The notes beneath the pieces are model-generated. The model worked only from the letters and a program-made list of their open reading frames with translations. It was not told the origin of the DNA and did not search any database. DNA of 64,000 nt, from the NCBI GenBank assembly GCA_965224245.1, contig OZ245046.1, positions 2,816,001 through 2,880,000 of the forward strand, in the 5' to 3' direction. Numbering within the stretch: the stretch's first letter is position 1; every line of letters starts with the position of its first letter. Below are positions 39,501-46,485 of the stretch, one piece after another. This stretch comes from Candidatus Eiseniibacteriota bacterium (GTDB taxonomy: Bacteria > Eisenbacteria > RBG-16-71-46 > CAZAMP01). The translations under genes and the position numbers were made by a program.

Positions 39501-39835
39501 ACGTGATGCTGCTCGTGGACGATCGGCCCTGGACCGGACCCCTCGTCTCGAGTGCGGTGGGCGGGGTGCGCGCGGTCACGCCATCGGTGGCGGGCGCCGG
39601 TGGCGTCGAGGTCATCTACGAGATCGCGTCGAGGATCACCTCGGCCCACGTACGCGTCTTCGACGTCCGCGGCCGCCTGGTCACCCGGGCCGACCTGTCA
39701 CCGGCCGTGGGAACGCATCGCTGGCGATGGGACGGCACCCACGACAACGGCACCGCAGCGGGGGCCGGACGCTATTTCGTCGACGTCGAGCTGGACGGGC
39801 ACCGAGATCGTCGGGCGGTGACGATCGTCCGATGA
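30527..39835 (+). CDS. Giant (3102 aa) secreted adhesin-like protein: 7 FG-GAP repeats, 14 DUF11-like repeats, FlgD-Ig-like C-terminal domain
   Basis: Signal-like N-terminus (APA-Q), seven GDxxGDxxDD blades, 14 TLENFGN / DPDPNGD repeats, LxxGWN domain, C-terminal VFDVRGRLV...WDG...G.YF. Confidence 0.88.
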   Translation: MRASPLRPRVRARRAIDRVSFVTLTIGFASSLVIGRAPAQPRVVLPDWYVDGESSVSVFGWGVKAGDTDGDLIDDVIVGAPLFQTGSGAQSGAAYAYLGSVFGPSTAWDWRVEGTFDVDERLGRSVGVGDFDGDGYADVVVGMPHAFAQDGSVEVYYGTPSGPELTPSLTLQSQQGGSWFGRSVAGAGDVNGDGADDLLVGAVRYDSDSTDVGAVYLYLGDVKSGLGAFPDWGIIGVDTGGELGFKVASAGDVNGDTYDDVIVTAWMGNGDGSGAAYVYHGGPGGLSFTPDWSAAGTQPDANFGVSAGTAGDVNGDTFDDVIVGAYLFDGPAGVDAGRAHIYHGSPSGLSLIPDWTGEGEAAGDLYGRWVATAGDTDGDGFDDVVVGALLHDVIYAGAPPDTLFDAGRAYAYAGSPSGAELDPLWIADGEQSGSFFGCSVERGELNDDGYDDVIIGAYGYDGPGGADAGRTYAIYGGPRPEPSIGIALDMVEIGAEDPFRVEITYTIENFGNVPLEFIELADELDLTFGMGNWSIASGPTVPGGSGLVANPFYDGISDPDILDPFSSVLDPGEVGTVSLEVLISSEGTYTNQVAVFAEDLDGNPTVDVSVAGLEPDPNGDDVPDEESITSITLTTPAPAIGIALDMAEIGEADPFRVGLTYTLENFGNVELLAVTLENDLDVVFGLGNWSLVGPPSVPGGSGLVPNPGFDGSSDPALLDPVGSVLAVGEQTTVSVLVDVIAEGTYENQVTAFAEDLVPTLVSDLSVAGLEPDPDGDDVPDEAGITSLVLFRSVPVIGAALQMVDDGPAIPFRVTLTVTLENFGNGGLEQVSAPSDLDDVFGPGNWTLAVPPATGGGSGLVANGAYTGVGSGSELLDPSSVLAIGESDTITLGVDVNDAGTYTSQIVAAATDAEGTPTLDASTSGLDPDPNGDDVPDEAVISSVTLVAPAPVIGVAFEMIEVDAFRVSVAATLENFGNVDLLGISLPIDLDAVFGAENWSFATSPEVSGTEALVLDPGFDGSGATELLDPASTLPIGDAGTIAFDVLLGAEGTYQGQLVAAAEDAFAQPTADLSVAGLDPDPNGDGVPDEASVTTVILFYSAPVIGAALEMVDAGPAIPFRVTLTYTLENFGNVALEQISMGNDLDAVFGAGNWALAGPPADDGVSTLVANAGFTGAGGGAELLDPSSVLDVGASGAITLEVDVTSAGPYANQVNVSAEDAEATQTTDFSTAGLDPDPNGDDVPDESIVSTLNLVAPDPVVGVAFDLSEVGSLDPFRVAITLNLESFGNVDLQAVSLPVNLDAIFGAGNWSFATSPLVTGTDALDVNPAYDGSTVTDVLSPTSTLPIGDAGTIDFDVTVTADGTYQGQLTASAEDAFGQPTTDSSVAGFDPDPDGNGSPDEASITSVVLFRPEPAIGVALEMIEEGDEFPYRVALTYTLENLGNVPLSALSLSNVLDDVFPPGSWAIVEAPTVPIGSGLVPNPDFDGTLARANLLDSASSVLAIGERTSVRLVLGVDVDGTFQNQVSVFAEDPDATVVSDVSVDGLEPDPDGDGVADEASVSEITLFRSIPGLGAALEMLDGGVTGPFLVTLVYTLENFGNAGLTEVTVADSLDTVFGAGNWALETSPETSPGSGLVANPAFTGSGTDVDLIDPVASTLAIGELATVSITVAVTADGAYDDQVTAGGRDPKGTLVMDASTSGSDPDPDGNGIPDESEVTSIVLFLPGPIIGAALDMEVLEITDPFRVLVTYTLENFGNTDLLDVGLSNDLDAVFGAGSWALASPPSTPFGSSLTVNPAFDGTPTGAELLDAGASTLPIEAVETITLEVSVTPEGTFTNQVTASAFDAFENFVSDVSTRGLDPDPNGDGAPGEAAVTPVTLFRPAPGIGVALSMIEDLAAPPFEIDVRYTLENFGNVALESVALSNDLDAVFGPANWTLIAFPSAQLGSGLVVDTGFDGTTEGAALLDPASTLAVGESATVTMGIRVLGAGTYLNQVSAAAVDAAETPVTDLSTDGLDPDPDGDGVPDESVTTTLVLFREMAVLGAALDMRENVDAPPFRVDLTVTLENFGNVALAEVSAPNDLDAVFGVANWSIVSPPFASGGDLVANADFTGRGASVDLLDPASSLDIGARGTVTLSLDVFAPGTYANRIAASGLAPSGALATDLSTEGLEPDPDGDDVPDEEAETAITLFLTDARVGAALDLGRDGNAVDPFRVTATVTLENFGNVELSGVALDADLDAVFGAGNWALLEPPSLSAPSSLVLAAGYDGTSSAPALLDPIESRLAIGEVSTIGLVLSVTDDGTYSGQLRVDATDPDAIALFDDSTAGLDPDPDGDGDPSEAVTTTLTLSSTEARVGAALDMERVGSSQNPFDVRVVITLENLGNVALDAVSVASGFDDVFGGGAWALVGAPTFGGAPGLVSNAGYDGRTDTEILDPASTLAVGAISQILLDLTVTPDGIFTHEVTVEADGAGVLVSDASVAGSDPDPNGDGIPDEAGETTLFLELVSPTVGIALDMTSVTARRGGFGATIVYTIENLGEIDVTNVAVSNDLDEVFGTGNWTMTEPPSASGTMLTVAEDFDGTAGRDALLDPTSSVLDTGQSATITLAVVILTGGVYDNQVTVFASGAGVETSDLSTAGRDPDPNGDGRPAEFEVTLLVLTDTVPVLDVPSFPLGRYTLFSIPLNLLEPDAGTPPSVAVLLTDLFERPRSETTWLAYGLAGEVESDPALALGRAYWVSTRFPMPAARTIRGTITRPVDVDLVRGWNAIGCPSPTPMPLGNLSVRTLDAPGERLSLAEANDRGLIGSTLYRYVDSSPDLINNGVWVPESVRNTSATLAPFAGRILEAFVPLTLTYGVVTRDSEPLVETRDWELTVTASAGGATRRVALAALEGASASWDVYDVSAPPDWTTGLRAELVHDDWGIHAGRFVRSAVPSGTRSSRCRLALVSPAPVAVTWDVGRLRPGQYAYLVLESGAAIDLVAETRTTLPAGTRDVMLLVDDRPWTGPLVSSAVGGVRAVTPSVAGAGGVEVIYEIASRITSAHVRVFDVRGRLVTRADLSPAVGTHRWRWDGTHDNGTAAGAGRYFVDVELDGHRDRRAVTIVR
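31976..38505 (+). repeat. Intragenic tandem repeat, 14 x ~468 nt (~156 aa)
   Basis: Recurring CTGGAGAACTTCGGCAAC and GATCC(C/G)GACCCGAACGG motifs at ~465-470-nt spacing. Confidence 0.9.
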
Positions 39836-39888
39836 AGGGCTCGGAGCGCGGAGACGGGTGATCCCGCCGATCGAGGGCTGAACGCCGA

Positions 39889-41973
39889 TCACTCCGGAGA
39901 CGAGGGCACGTCCGAGACGTCGCCATCGTTCCCGAGTCGATCCAGGAGCGCCTGTCGCCCCCGGACGAGCCGCGGGTTCCCCGGTTCCAGCTCCAGCGCG
40001 TGATCGAAGCGCGCGATCGCCGCCGCCGAGTCGCCTCGGGCGGCCGCGACCCGCGCCAGGTTGGACCAGGCGTATGCGTACGTGCTGTCGTCCGCCAGTA
40101 TCGAGCGGAACGCCGCCTCGGCGGCGTCGAGATCCCCAAGCTTGTACGCACACAGCCCGACGTTGTTGAGCGCCCGGATCGCGTCGCCGAGGCGCCCCGT
40201 CTCGACGTGGGCCCGGTGCACGCGCCGGAACGCCGCGAGCGCCTCGGCGTAGCGACCGTCCTGGTACAGGGTGGCCGCCTCCAGCGTCCAGGTGTCGACC
40301 GGCGCCGCCGCGGTGCCCGGCCGCCCGCCCCGAGGCGACGGGTCTACCCGACGCGCGGCATCCCTCAGGCGCGCCGCCTCGCTCCGGTGCCGCCGTGCGC
40401 CGTCCAGGTCGCCCTGCTGCGCGGCCACCTCGGCCAGGCCGGCGTGCGCGAGCGGGTAGCCGGGGTCGATCTCCAGCGACCGGGTCAGCATGCGACGGGC
40501 CTCGTCGAGGTCGCCCCGCTGGCGGTACAGGGTGCCGAAGTTCAGATAGTCCACACGCTTCAGCGACTGCGCCTCGAGGAGCGGCGTACGGTGAAATGCC
40601 AGGACGGACATCACGATCGTGATGGTGGCCGTTACCGCGATCTCGCCTCGCGACCAGGTGCGTGCCCGCCGCGCCGTCTCCACCCCCGCGGCCACGCCGG
40701 CCACCGCGTACACGATCACGACCGGCACCAGGGGAAGGCGATACTCGGCGGACACGAAGAACACCAGGCACGTCACGACGGGCACCGCCCCCACCGCCAG
40801 CAACGCGAGCTGCGCACGCCACCGCCGGCGATGGGCGACGACGCCGACTCCCACCAGCGGCACCAGCCATCCGAGGTGCGGCAGCCACCGCAGGATCGGC
40901 GAGAAGTCCGACGTGAAGTAGTAGCTCAGGTTCGTCGGCGATTCGGTGCGGTTCCAGACGTAGTGGAGCTTCACCAGCGTGAGTCGCAGCTCGTCCCACG
41001 GATGTGTGCCGAGGTAGCGGAGCCCCTCGCGGAAGAGGTACTGCGAGCTCTCCGCCAGCGTGACCTCACGCCCGAGCCGCTTCGAGACGACATCTCGTGT
41101 TCCCTCCACCTCGCCCTCGAAGCTCGCGCTCTCGGTGAAGCTCGGCATCGCGTAGAGACCGGTGGCACCGGGGTTGTGACCGATGTAGAACGCGGCGTAG
41201 TTGGCCGCGATCGGCACGAAGCGACCCTCGACCGCGTAGTTTCGCGCGATCACGACCCCGGTCAGCGAGAGGCAGGTCAGCGAGGTCGCGAGCGCGGCCG
41301 GCCCGGCGCGCCGCCAAGAACCGGTCTGCACCCGGTACACGATCGGGGCGGCGAAGAGGATCAGGATCGCGTTTCCGCGCATGAGCGCCGCGAGCCCGAA
41401 GCCCACCCCGGCCAGGGCCGCCCATCCGAGCGCGGCCCGATCCTCACCGTGCGGGGTGCTCGCGTGGCCGGTCTCCCGGGAGCGGCCGGGGCTCCCGACG
41501 CGCATCATCGCGAACAGCCCGATCAGCGTGAACGTACCGATGAACGTGGGCGTCAAGAGCGTCCCCGCGTAGAACACGAGCGGCCCGTACACCGCGGCCA
41601 CGATCCCGGCCCAGAGGCCGACGCGCCGGTCGAACGCACGAGCTCCGATCGCCGCGACCAGCGCGCACGCGATCGTGTCCACGAGCGATTGGGTCACGAG
41701 CACCGGATGCACACCCGGACTGAAGACGCGCTGGATCGACGCCAGCACGTACGGGTAGAGCACGTTCAGGGAGTAGACGTCCTCGCCCCGGAACGTGCCG
41801 TCGAGGATCCGGGCCGCGAATCGCTGGTAGGTGTCCGAATCGATCAGGAGCACCTCGGTGATCGGCGAGCGCCAGATGAACGCGAGGTGGACCGCACGCA
41901 CCGCGATCGCCACCAGAATCACGATGAGCACGTCGCGTGCCGTGAGTCCACGCCCGTCACCCGCGGCGTTCAT
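39889..41973 (-). CDS. GT-C (GT39-like) membrane glycosyltransferase with C-terminal TPR repeats
   Basis: D..TY first-loop motif, LYPY, F.IGHN, EYRLP; C-terminal TPR pattern (NFG.LY..RG, NNVG, NLA). Confidence 0.8.
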   Translation of the reverse strand: MNAAGDGRGLTARDVLIVILVAIAVRAVHLAFIWRSPITEVLLIDSDTYQRFAARILDGTFRGEDVYSLNVLYPYVLASIQRVFSPGVHPVLVTQSLVDTIACALVAAIGARAFDRRVGLWAGIVAAVYGPLVFYAGTLLTPTFIGTFTLIGLFAMMRVGSPGRSRETGHASTPHGEDRAALGWAALAGVGFGLAALMRGNAILILFAAPIVYRVQTGSWRRAGPAALATSLTCLSLTGVVIARNYAVEGRFVPIAANYAAFYIGHNPGATGLYAMPSFTESASFEGEVEGTRDVVSKRLGREVTLAESSQYLFREGLRYLGTHPWDELRLTLVKLHYVWNRTESPTNLSYYFTSDFSPILRWLPHLGWLVPLVGVGVVAHRRRWRAQLALLAVGAVPVVTCLVFFVSAEYRLPLVPVVIVYAVAGVAAGVETARRARTWSRGEIAVTATITIVMSVLAFHRTPLLEAQSLKRVDYLNFGTLYRQRGDLDEARRMLTRSLEIDPGYPLAHAGLAEVAAQQGDLDGARRHRSEAARLRDAARRVDPSPRGGRPGTAAAPVDTWTLEAATLYQDGRYAEALAAFRRVHRAHVETGRLGDAIRALNNVGLCAYKLGDLDAAEAAFRSILADDSTYAYAWSNLARVAAARGDSAAAIARFDHALELEPGNPRLVRGRQALLDRLGNDGDVSDVPSSPE

Positions 41974-44648
41974 CCGGTGTTTCGCATCCCGGCCGCGATG
42001 CCGTTCGCGGTCACGACGAACGCCGCGGCGAGCGTCTCACGAGCGCGCGGATCGTCGCCGGCGCGCAGCCGGCGCAGCACCTCGACCTGCACGAGGTTGA
42101 TCGGATCCACGTAGGGATTGCGCACGCCGATGGACCGGGTCAGGACCGCGCTGTCCTGGAGAAGCGCGTCCCGCCGGCGACAGGACAGGACCGCGCGCCG
42201 CGTTCGCTCGAACGCCTCGTGCAGGTCCCGTCCGATCGGTCGGAGCGCCTCGTCCACGAGGACGGACTGGTAGTGAGCGCTGATCCGTGTCTCCACCTTG
42301 GCCAGCACCATCTCGACGAGATCCAGGGTCGTGGCGAAGAACGGCCACTCGCGAGCCATCTCGCCCAGGTCGGAGGCGCCGCTCACCGCGTCGCGCGGCG
42401 AGTCTTCACCGCCGTGCCCCGCGGCCGCGAGTGCCCGATCGGTTCCCAGCCAGCCCGGAAGCAGGAGCCGCATCTGCATCCACGCGAACACCCACGGGAT
42501 CGCGCGCAGCGACTCGAGATCGTCGGTGGGCGCGCGGCGGGCCGGCCGACTCCCGATGTTGATCAGACCCAGCTCGGGCTCCGGCGTCGCCTGCCGGAAG
42601 AAGCGAACGAAGCCCGGTCGCGCCAGGGTCTCGCGATACGCCCCTGCCCCGGCGGCCGCGATCTCGTCCATGCACGCGCGCCACGTGGGCTTCGGGGCCG
42701 CCGGCGGAATCAGCGTCGCCTCCAGCGTCGCGGTCACGTAGAGCTCGAGCGTCCGGAGCGCGATGTCCGTGAGCCCGAACTTGCCCTGTATGGCCTCGCC
42801 CTGCTCCGTGACGCGAAGCCGCCCCGCCACCGTCCCCGGCGGCTGGGATCGGATCGCGTGATGCGTCGGTCCTCCGCCGCGGCCGATCGAGCCTCCCCGA
42901 CCGTGGAACAGGGTCAGCCGCACGCCGGCACTCCCGGCCACCGAGAGGAGCGACTCCTGGGCGCCGTAGAGCGCCCAGGCCGCGGCGAGCCGCCCGCAGT
43001 CCTTGGCCGAGTCCGAGTAGCCCAGCATCACCTCGATCCGATCCCCGATGCGGGTGCGTGCCTCGTCGATCCCGAGGAGATCGGTCATCGTGACCGGAGC
43101 GGCATCGAGGTCGTCCAGCGTCTCGAACAGCGGGACGATGCGGAGCGGAGACGTCACGCGCGCGGCATGCTGAAGTGCCATCACCGCCAGCACGTCGGAC
43201 GTCGCCGCCGCGTGCGAGATGACGTACGCCCCGAACGACTCGGGCTCCTGGGCGGCGATCATCGCGAACGTGTCGAGCACCTCGCGCACGTCCTCGCCGG
43301 CGTTCCCGGCCTCCAGCGTCAACGGACGCCGATCCGACAGCACGTCCACGAGGTAGGCCCGGCGGCCGGCCTCGTCGAGCGACCCGTAGTCCCCGTGCCC
43401 CTGCGCTCGCGCGAGCGCGGCTATCGCCGCGTGGTGGCGCGAGGCATCCTGGCGCACGTCGAGCCGCGCCAGGACCAGCCCGAAGGCCTCGAGCCTCCAG
43501 AGGAGGTCACGGAGCCGGCCGTGCGCCAAGACACCGGCGCCACGCGCGTGGAGCGAACGCCAGCACGCGTCGAGCGGCTCGCGCAGCTCGTTCGCTTCGC
43601 GGTAGATCGGGCCGGGTGGTGGCTCGACTCCCCGGTAGCGCGCGTCGCACCACGCGATCGTTCGCTCCAGTCGGTCCTGGACCTCGCGCAGGATCACCCG
43701 GTAGGGCTCGCGCGCACCGCCGGCCCGCGTGATCACCTCGGGGGTGGCGCGATCCAGCGAGAGCTCCATGCGAAGCGCCGCGACCTCGTCCCGGTACAGC
43801 GAGGCCGCCATCCAGCGCGTGAGAAAGCAGGTGCGCCGCGTCACCTCGGCGGTGACGTTGGGATTGCCGTCGCGGTCTCCGCCCATCCACGAGCCGAACG
43901 TGACCGGGACCGCGTCGAGCTCCAGCGGCTCCGCCCCGTGTGCGACCAGCACGCGATTCAGCAGCGCGAGCAGCTTCGGCACCGTGGCCCAGAGCGATTG
44001 CTCGAAGACCAGAAGGCCCGACCGCGCCTCGTCGAGCGGATCCGGTCGTTCGTGCCGTACCTCGTCGGTGCACCATATCGACGTGATGACGCGCTCGAGC
44101 GACTCGCGAACGGCGTCTCGCTCCTCGGGCAGGAGATCGGAGCGATCACGCTCGGCCAGGAGCCGGCCGATCTCCGCGTACTGCTGCAGCAGCGTGCGCC
44201 GGTTGATCTCCGTCGGGTGTGCGGTCAGGACCAGTTCGACCCGCATCGAGCGGATCGTCTCTCGCACGACGTCGATCTCGATGCCGGCATCGATGAGCCG
44301 GCGCACGGACTCCTCGATCGAGCCGCGCTGGGGTCGCCCGTCGGATGCCAGCCGATAGTCTCGGCGGCGGCGAATGCGATGATGCTGCTCGGCGATGTTG
44401 GCCAGCGACAGGAAGTGGGAGAACGCACGAGCAATCGGCACGGTCTCGCCGATCGGAAGCGCCGCCATGAAGTCGCGAAGCCGCTCCCAGGCTCGGTCAT
44501 CCCCGGTGGCCGCGGTCTTCGAGAGCTCCCGCACCCGTTCCACGGTCTCGAGGAGCATGTCTCCGCCATGCGCGCGCAACGTCTCGCCCAGGATGACGCC
44601 GAGCATGCGCACGTCGTCGCGAAGTGGCGCGTGAGGGTCATTCGTCAC
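41970..44648 (-). CDS. ppc: Phosphoenolpyruvate carboxylase
   Basis: VLTAHPTE, SWMGGDRDGNP, VMLGYSDS.KD, FHGRGGSIGRGG, LRAIPWVFAW and C-terminal GIAAGMRNTG. GTG at 44648. Confidence 0.97.
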   Translation of the reverse strand: MTNDPHAPLRDDVRMLGVILGETLRAHGGDMLLETVERVRELSKTAATGDDRAWERLRDFMAALPIGETVPIARAFSHFLSLANIAEQHHRIRRRRDYRLASDGRPQRGSIEESVRRLIDAGIEIDVVRETIRSMRVELVLTAHPTEINRRTLLQQYAEIGRLLAERDRSDLLPEERDAVRESLERVITSIWCTDEVRHERPDPLDEARSGLLVFEQSLWATVPKLLALLNRVLVAHGAEPLELDAVPVTFGSWMGGDRDGNPNVTAEVTRRTCFLTRWMAASLYRDEVAALRMELSLDRATPEVITRAGGAREPYRVILREVQDRLERTIAWCDARYRGVEPPPGPIYREANELREPLDACWRSLHARGAGVLAHGRLRDLLWRLEAFGLVLARLDVRQDASRHHAAIAALARAQGHGDYGSLDEAGRRAYLVDVLSDRRPLTLEAGNAGEDVREVLDTFAMIAAQEPESFGAYVISHAAATSDVLAVMALQHAARVTSPLRIVPLFETLDDLDAAPVTMTDLLGIDEARTRIGDRIEVMLGYSDSAKDCGRLAAAWALYGAQESLLSVAGSAGVRLTLFHGRGGSIGRGGGPTHHAIRSQPPGTVAGRLRVTEQGEAIQGKFGLTDIALRTLELYVTATLEATLIPPAAPKPTWRACMDEIAAAGAGAYRETLARPGFVRFFRQATPEPELGLINIGSRPARRAPTDDLESLRAIPWVFAWMQMRLLLPGWLGTDRALAAAGHGGEDSPRDAVSGASDLGEMAREWPFFATTLDLVEMVLAKVETRISAHYQSVLVDEALRPIGRDLHEAFERTRRAVLSCRRRDALLQDSAVLTRSIGVRNPYVDPINLVQVEVLRRLRAGDDPRARETLAAAFVVTANGIAAGMRNTG

Positions 44649-44753
44649 GTGGGCTTCCTTCGGGCTCCGACTCCTCGCCGGGCCTGGCACGGCTGCCTCC
44701 TCGCCCCTGATTGCAAACGAATGTATCACAAGCCCTTAGACACACCTAGACGC

Positions 44754-44795
44754 GCGTCGCTCCGGCGGCGTCGCTCCGGCGGCGTCGCTCCGGCT
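44754..44795. repeat. 14-bp tandem repeat x3 (GCGTCGCTCCGGCG)
   Basis: Three near-perfect copies; the 23-mer at 44783-44805 recurs at 44841-44863. Confidence 0.8.
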
Positions 44796-44843
44796 GACGG
44801 CGTGGGGTTCCAGTGCCGGGTCGACGAGGGTGGGGCGCTCCGT

Positions 44844-44905
44844 CGCTCCGGCTGACGGCGTGGCCGTGAGATCGGGTGGGGGCATCACTTCGTGTCGGAG
44901 CGGCT
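44844..44905 (-). repeat. Inverted 62-bp partial copy of the 260-bp array unit
   Basis: Reverse complement matches AGCCGCTCCGACACGAAATGATGCCCCCACCCGATCTCAC...GCCGGAGCG with 4 mismatches by eye. Confidence 0.85.
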
Positions 44906-45277
44906 TTGCGAGACACCGGTGTCGCACGAGTCGCGACTCCGGCCCCACCCTCGCCGACCCTACGTCGGGGGCCCGGGGCCGAGCGGCCATCGCACGGGGT
45001 CGGTCACGCCTGACGCCGGCATCGACCGCGGCGGTCCGGCTCAGCGGGTGACGTCACCACGCATGGCTGCGGCGGACGCACGATGCGCGGTCGTGACCGC
45101 TCACCGCTGGACACCGTGCGACCCGTGGCCCGCCAGCGGAGCACGTGTACCCGAGTACACGGCGACCGAAAGCCGACTGGACGGGGCGATCTCCGTGCCC
45201 CTCACATCGTCGGATGCGCAACTCCGGCGTACCTGTCACCCGCCGCAGAAACCGATGCGAGCCGAACGCCCCCCCGG

Positions 45278-46126
45278 CGCTCCCGACACGCGCCCCCGCC
45301 GTCGGGAACACCCGGGTGCAACACCCCACGAGGACCCCCGCACCCAATCGGCACCCCCGACGCCGACCCCGGAAAACACTCCCGAGACCCCCACCGCGTG
45401 AGGGAGCGACGGGGGTGGTGTCGCCGGAGCGACTGATGCGACCCCCACGTCCCCCGGAGCCCCTCCGACACGAAATGATGCCCCCACCCGATCTCACGCC
45501 CACACCGCCAGCCGGAGCGCAGGCGACACCACCCCCGACGCTCCCGACACGCGCCCCCGCCGTCGGGAACACCCGGGTGCAACACGCCACGAGCACCCCC
45601 GCGGCCAATCGGCACCCCCGACGCACCCCCCGGAAACACTCCCGAGACCCCCCCCGCGTGAGGGAGCGGCGGGGGTGGTGTCGCCGGAGCGACTGATGCG
45701 ACCCCACGTCCCCCCGGAGCCGCTCCGACACGAAATGATGCCCCCAACCGATCTCACGCCCACACCGCCAGCCGGAGCGCAGGCGACACCACCCCCGTCG
45801 CTCCCGACACGCGCCCCCGCCGTCGGGAACACCCGGGTGCAACACGCCACGAGCACCCCCGCGGCCAATCGGCACCCCCGACGCACCCCCCGGAAAACAC
45901 TCCCGAGACCCCCCCCCGCGTGAGGGAGCGGCGGGGGTGGTGTCGCCGGAGCGACTGATGCGACCCCCACGTCCCCCCGGAGCCGCTCCGACACGAAATG
46001 ATGCCCCCACCCGATCTCACGCCCACACCGCCAGCCGGAGCGCAGGCGACACCACCCCCGACGCTCCCGACACGCGCCCCCGAGGGAACGCTGGCGACAC
46101 CACCCCCGGCGCTCCCGACACGCGCC
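45278..46126. repeat. Non-coding tandem array: 3 full ~260-bp units plus partial copies, each with 24-bp inverted repeats
   Basis: Unit starts at 45278, 45539, 45799 and 46062 (periods 261/260/263). Length differences fall mainly in C/A homopolymers. Confidence 0.92.
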
Positions 46127-46430
46127 ACGGACACGCGCCCCCGACCACGCTTGCGGCGCGGAACCATCGCCGTTTAGACTCGCGGTCCATCCATGTCGTT
46201 TCGCTCATGAGGAGGTCTCGCCATGCCAGGACGCCGCATGGCCCGGAGCGACGCTCCGTACGTCGTGCCATCGGATCCCAACGGCGAGATCATCGGTCGG
46301 AGCGAGATGTACTCGTCGAAGTCGGTGTGCGAGAAGGGAACCTCTTCGGTCAAACGCAACGCCCGTGGCGCCCGCATCGAAGATCTCACGTGATCGATCC
46401 GGGGCGACAGTCGCTCTCGCCCGGCGATCC

Positions 46431-46449
46431 GACGATCCCGGGGATCGTC
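46431..46449. promoter_or_regulatory. Perfect 9-bp inverted repeat upstream of hutH (candidate operator)
   Basis: GACGATCCC-G-GGGATCGTC, 36 nt before the hutH ATG. Confidence 0.35.
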
Positions 46450-46485
46450 ATGCTCGCGTCAACATCCACCCCGTGAGAGACGTCC

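Noticed and set aside
45432..45480. Hammerhead-ribozyme-like CTGATG...GAAA in each array unit
   Set aside because: The core reads CUGAUGC rather than CUGAUGA, and I could not build stem III or an NUH cleavage site by eye. An Infernal scan would settle it.
45278..46126. CRISPR array or repeat-protein interpretation of the 260-bp array
   Set aside because: Linkers are near-identical rather than unique, no cas genes are present, and unit lengths do not preserve frame.
46174..46389. 71-aa minus-strand ORF with a protein-like middle (EEVPFSHTDFDEYISLRP)
   Set aside because: No RBS or recognisable family; it may be a remnant but cannot be supported.
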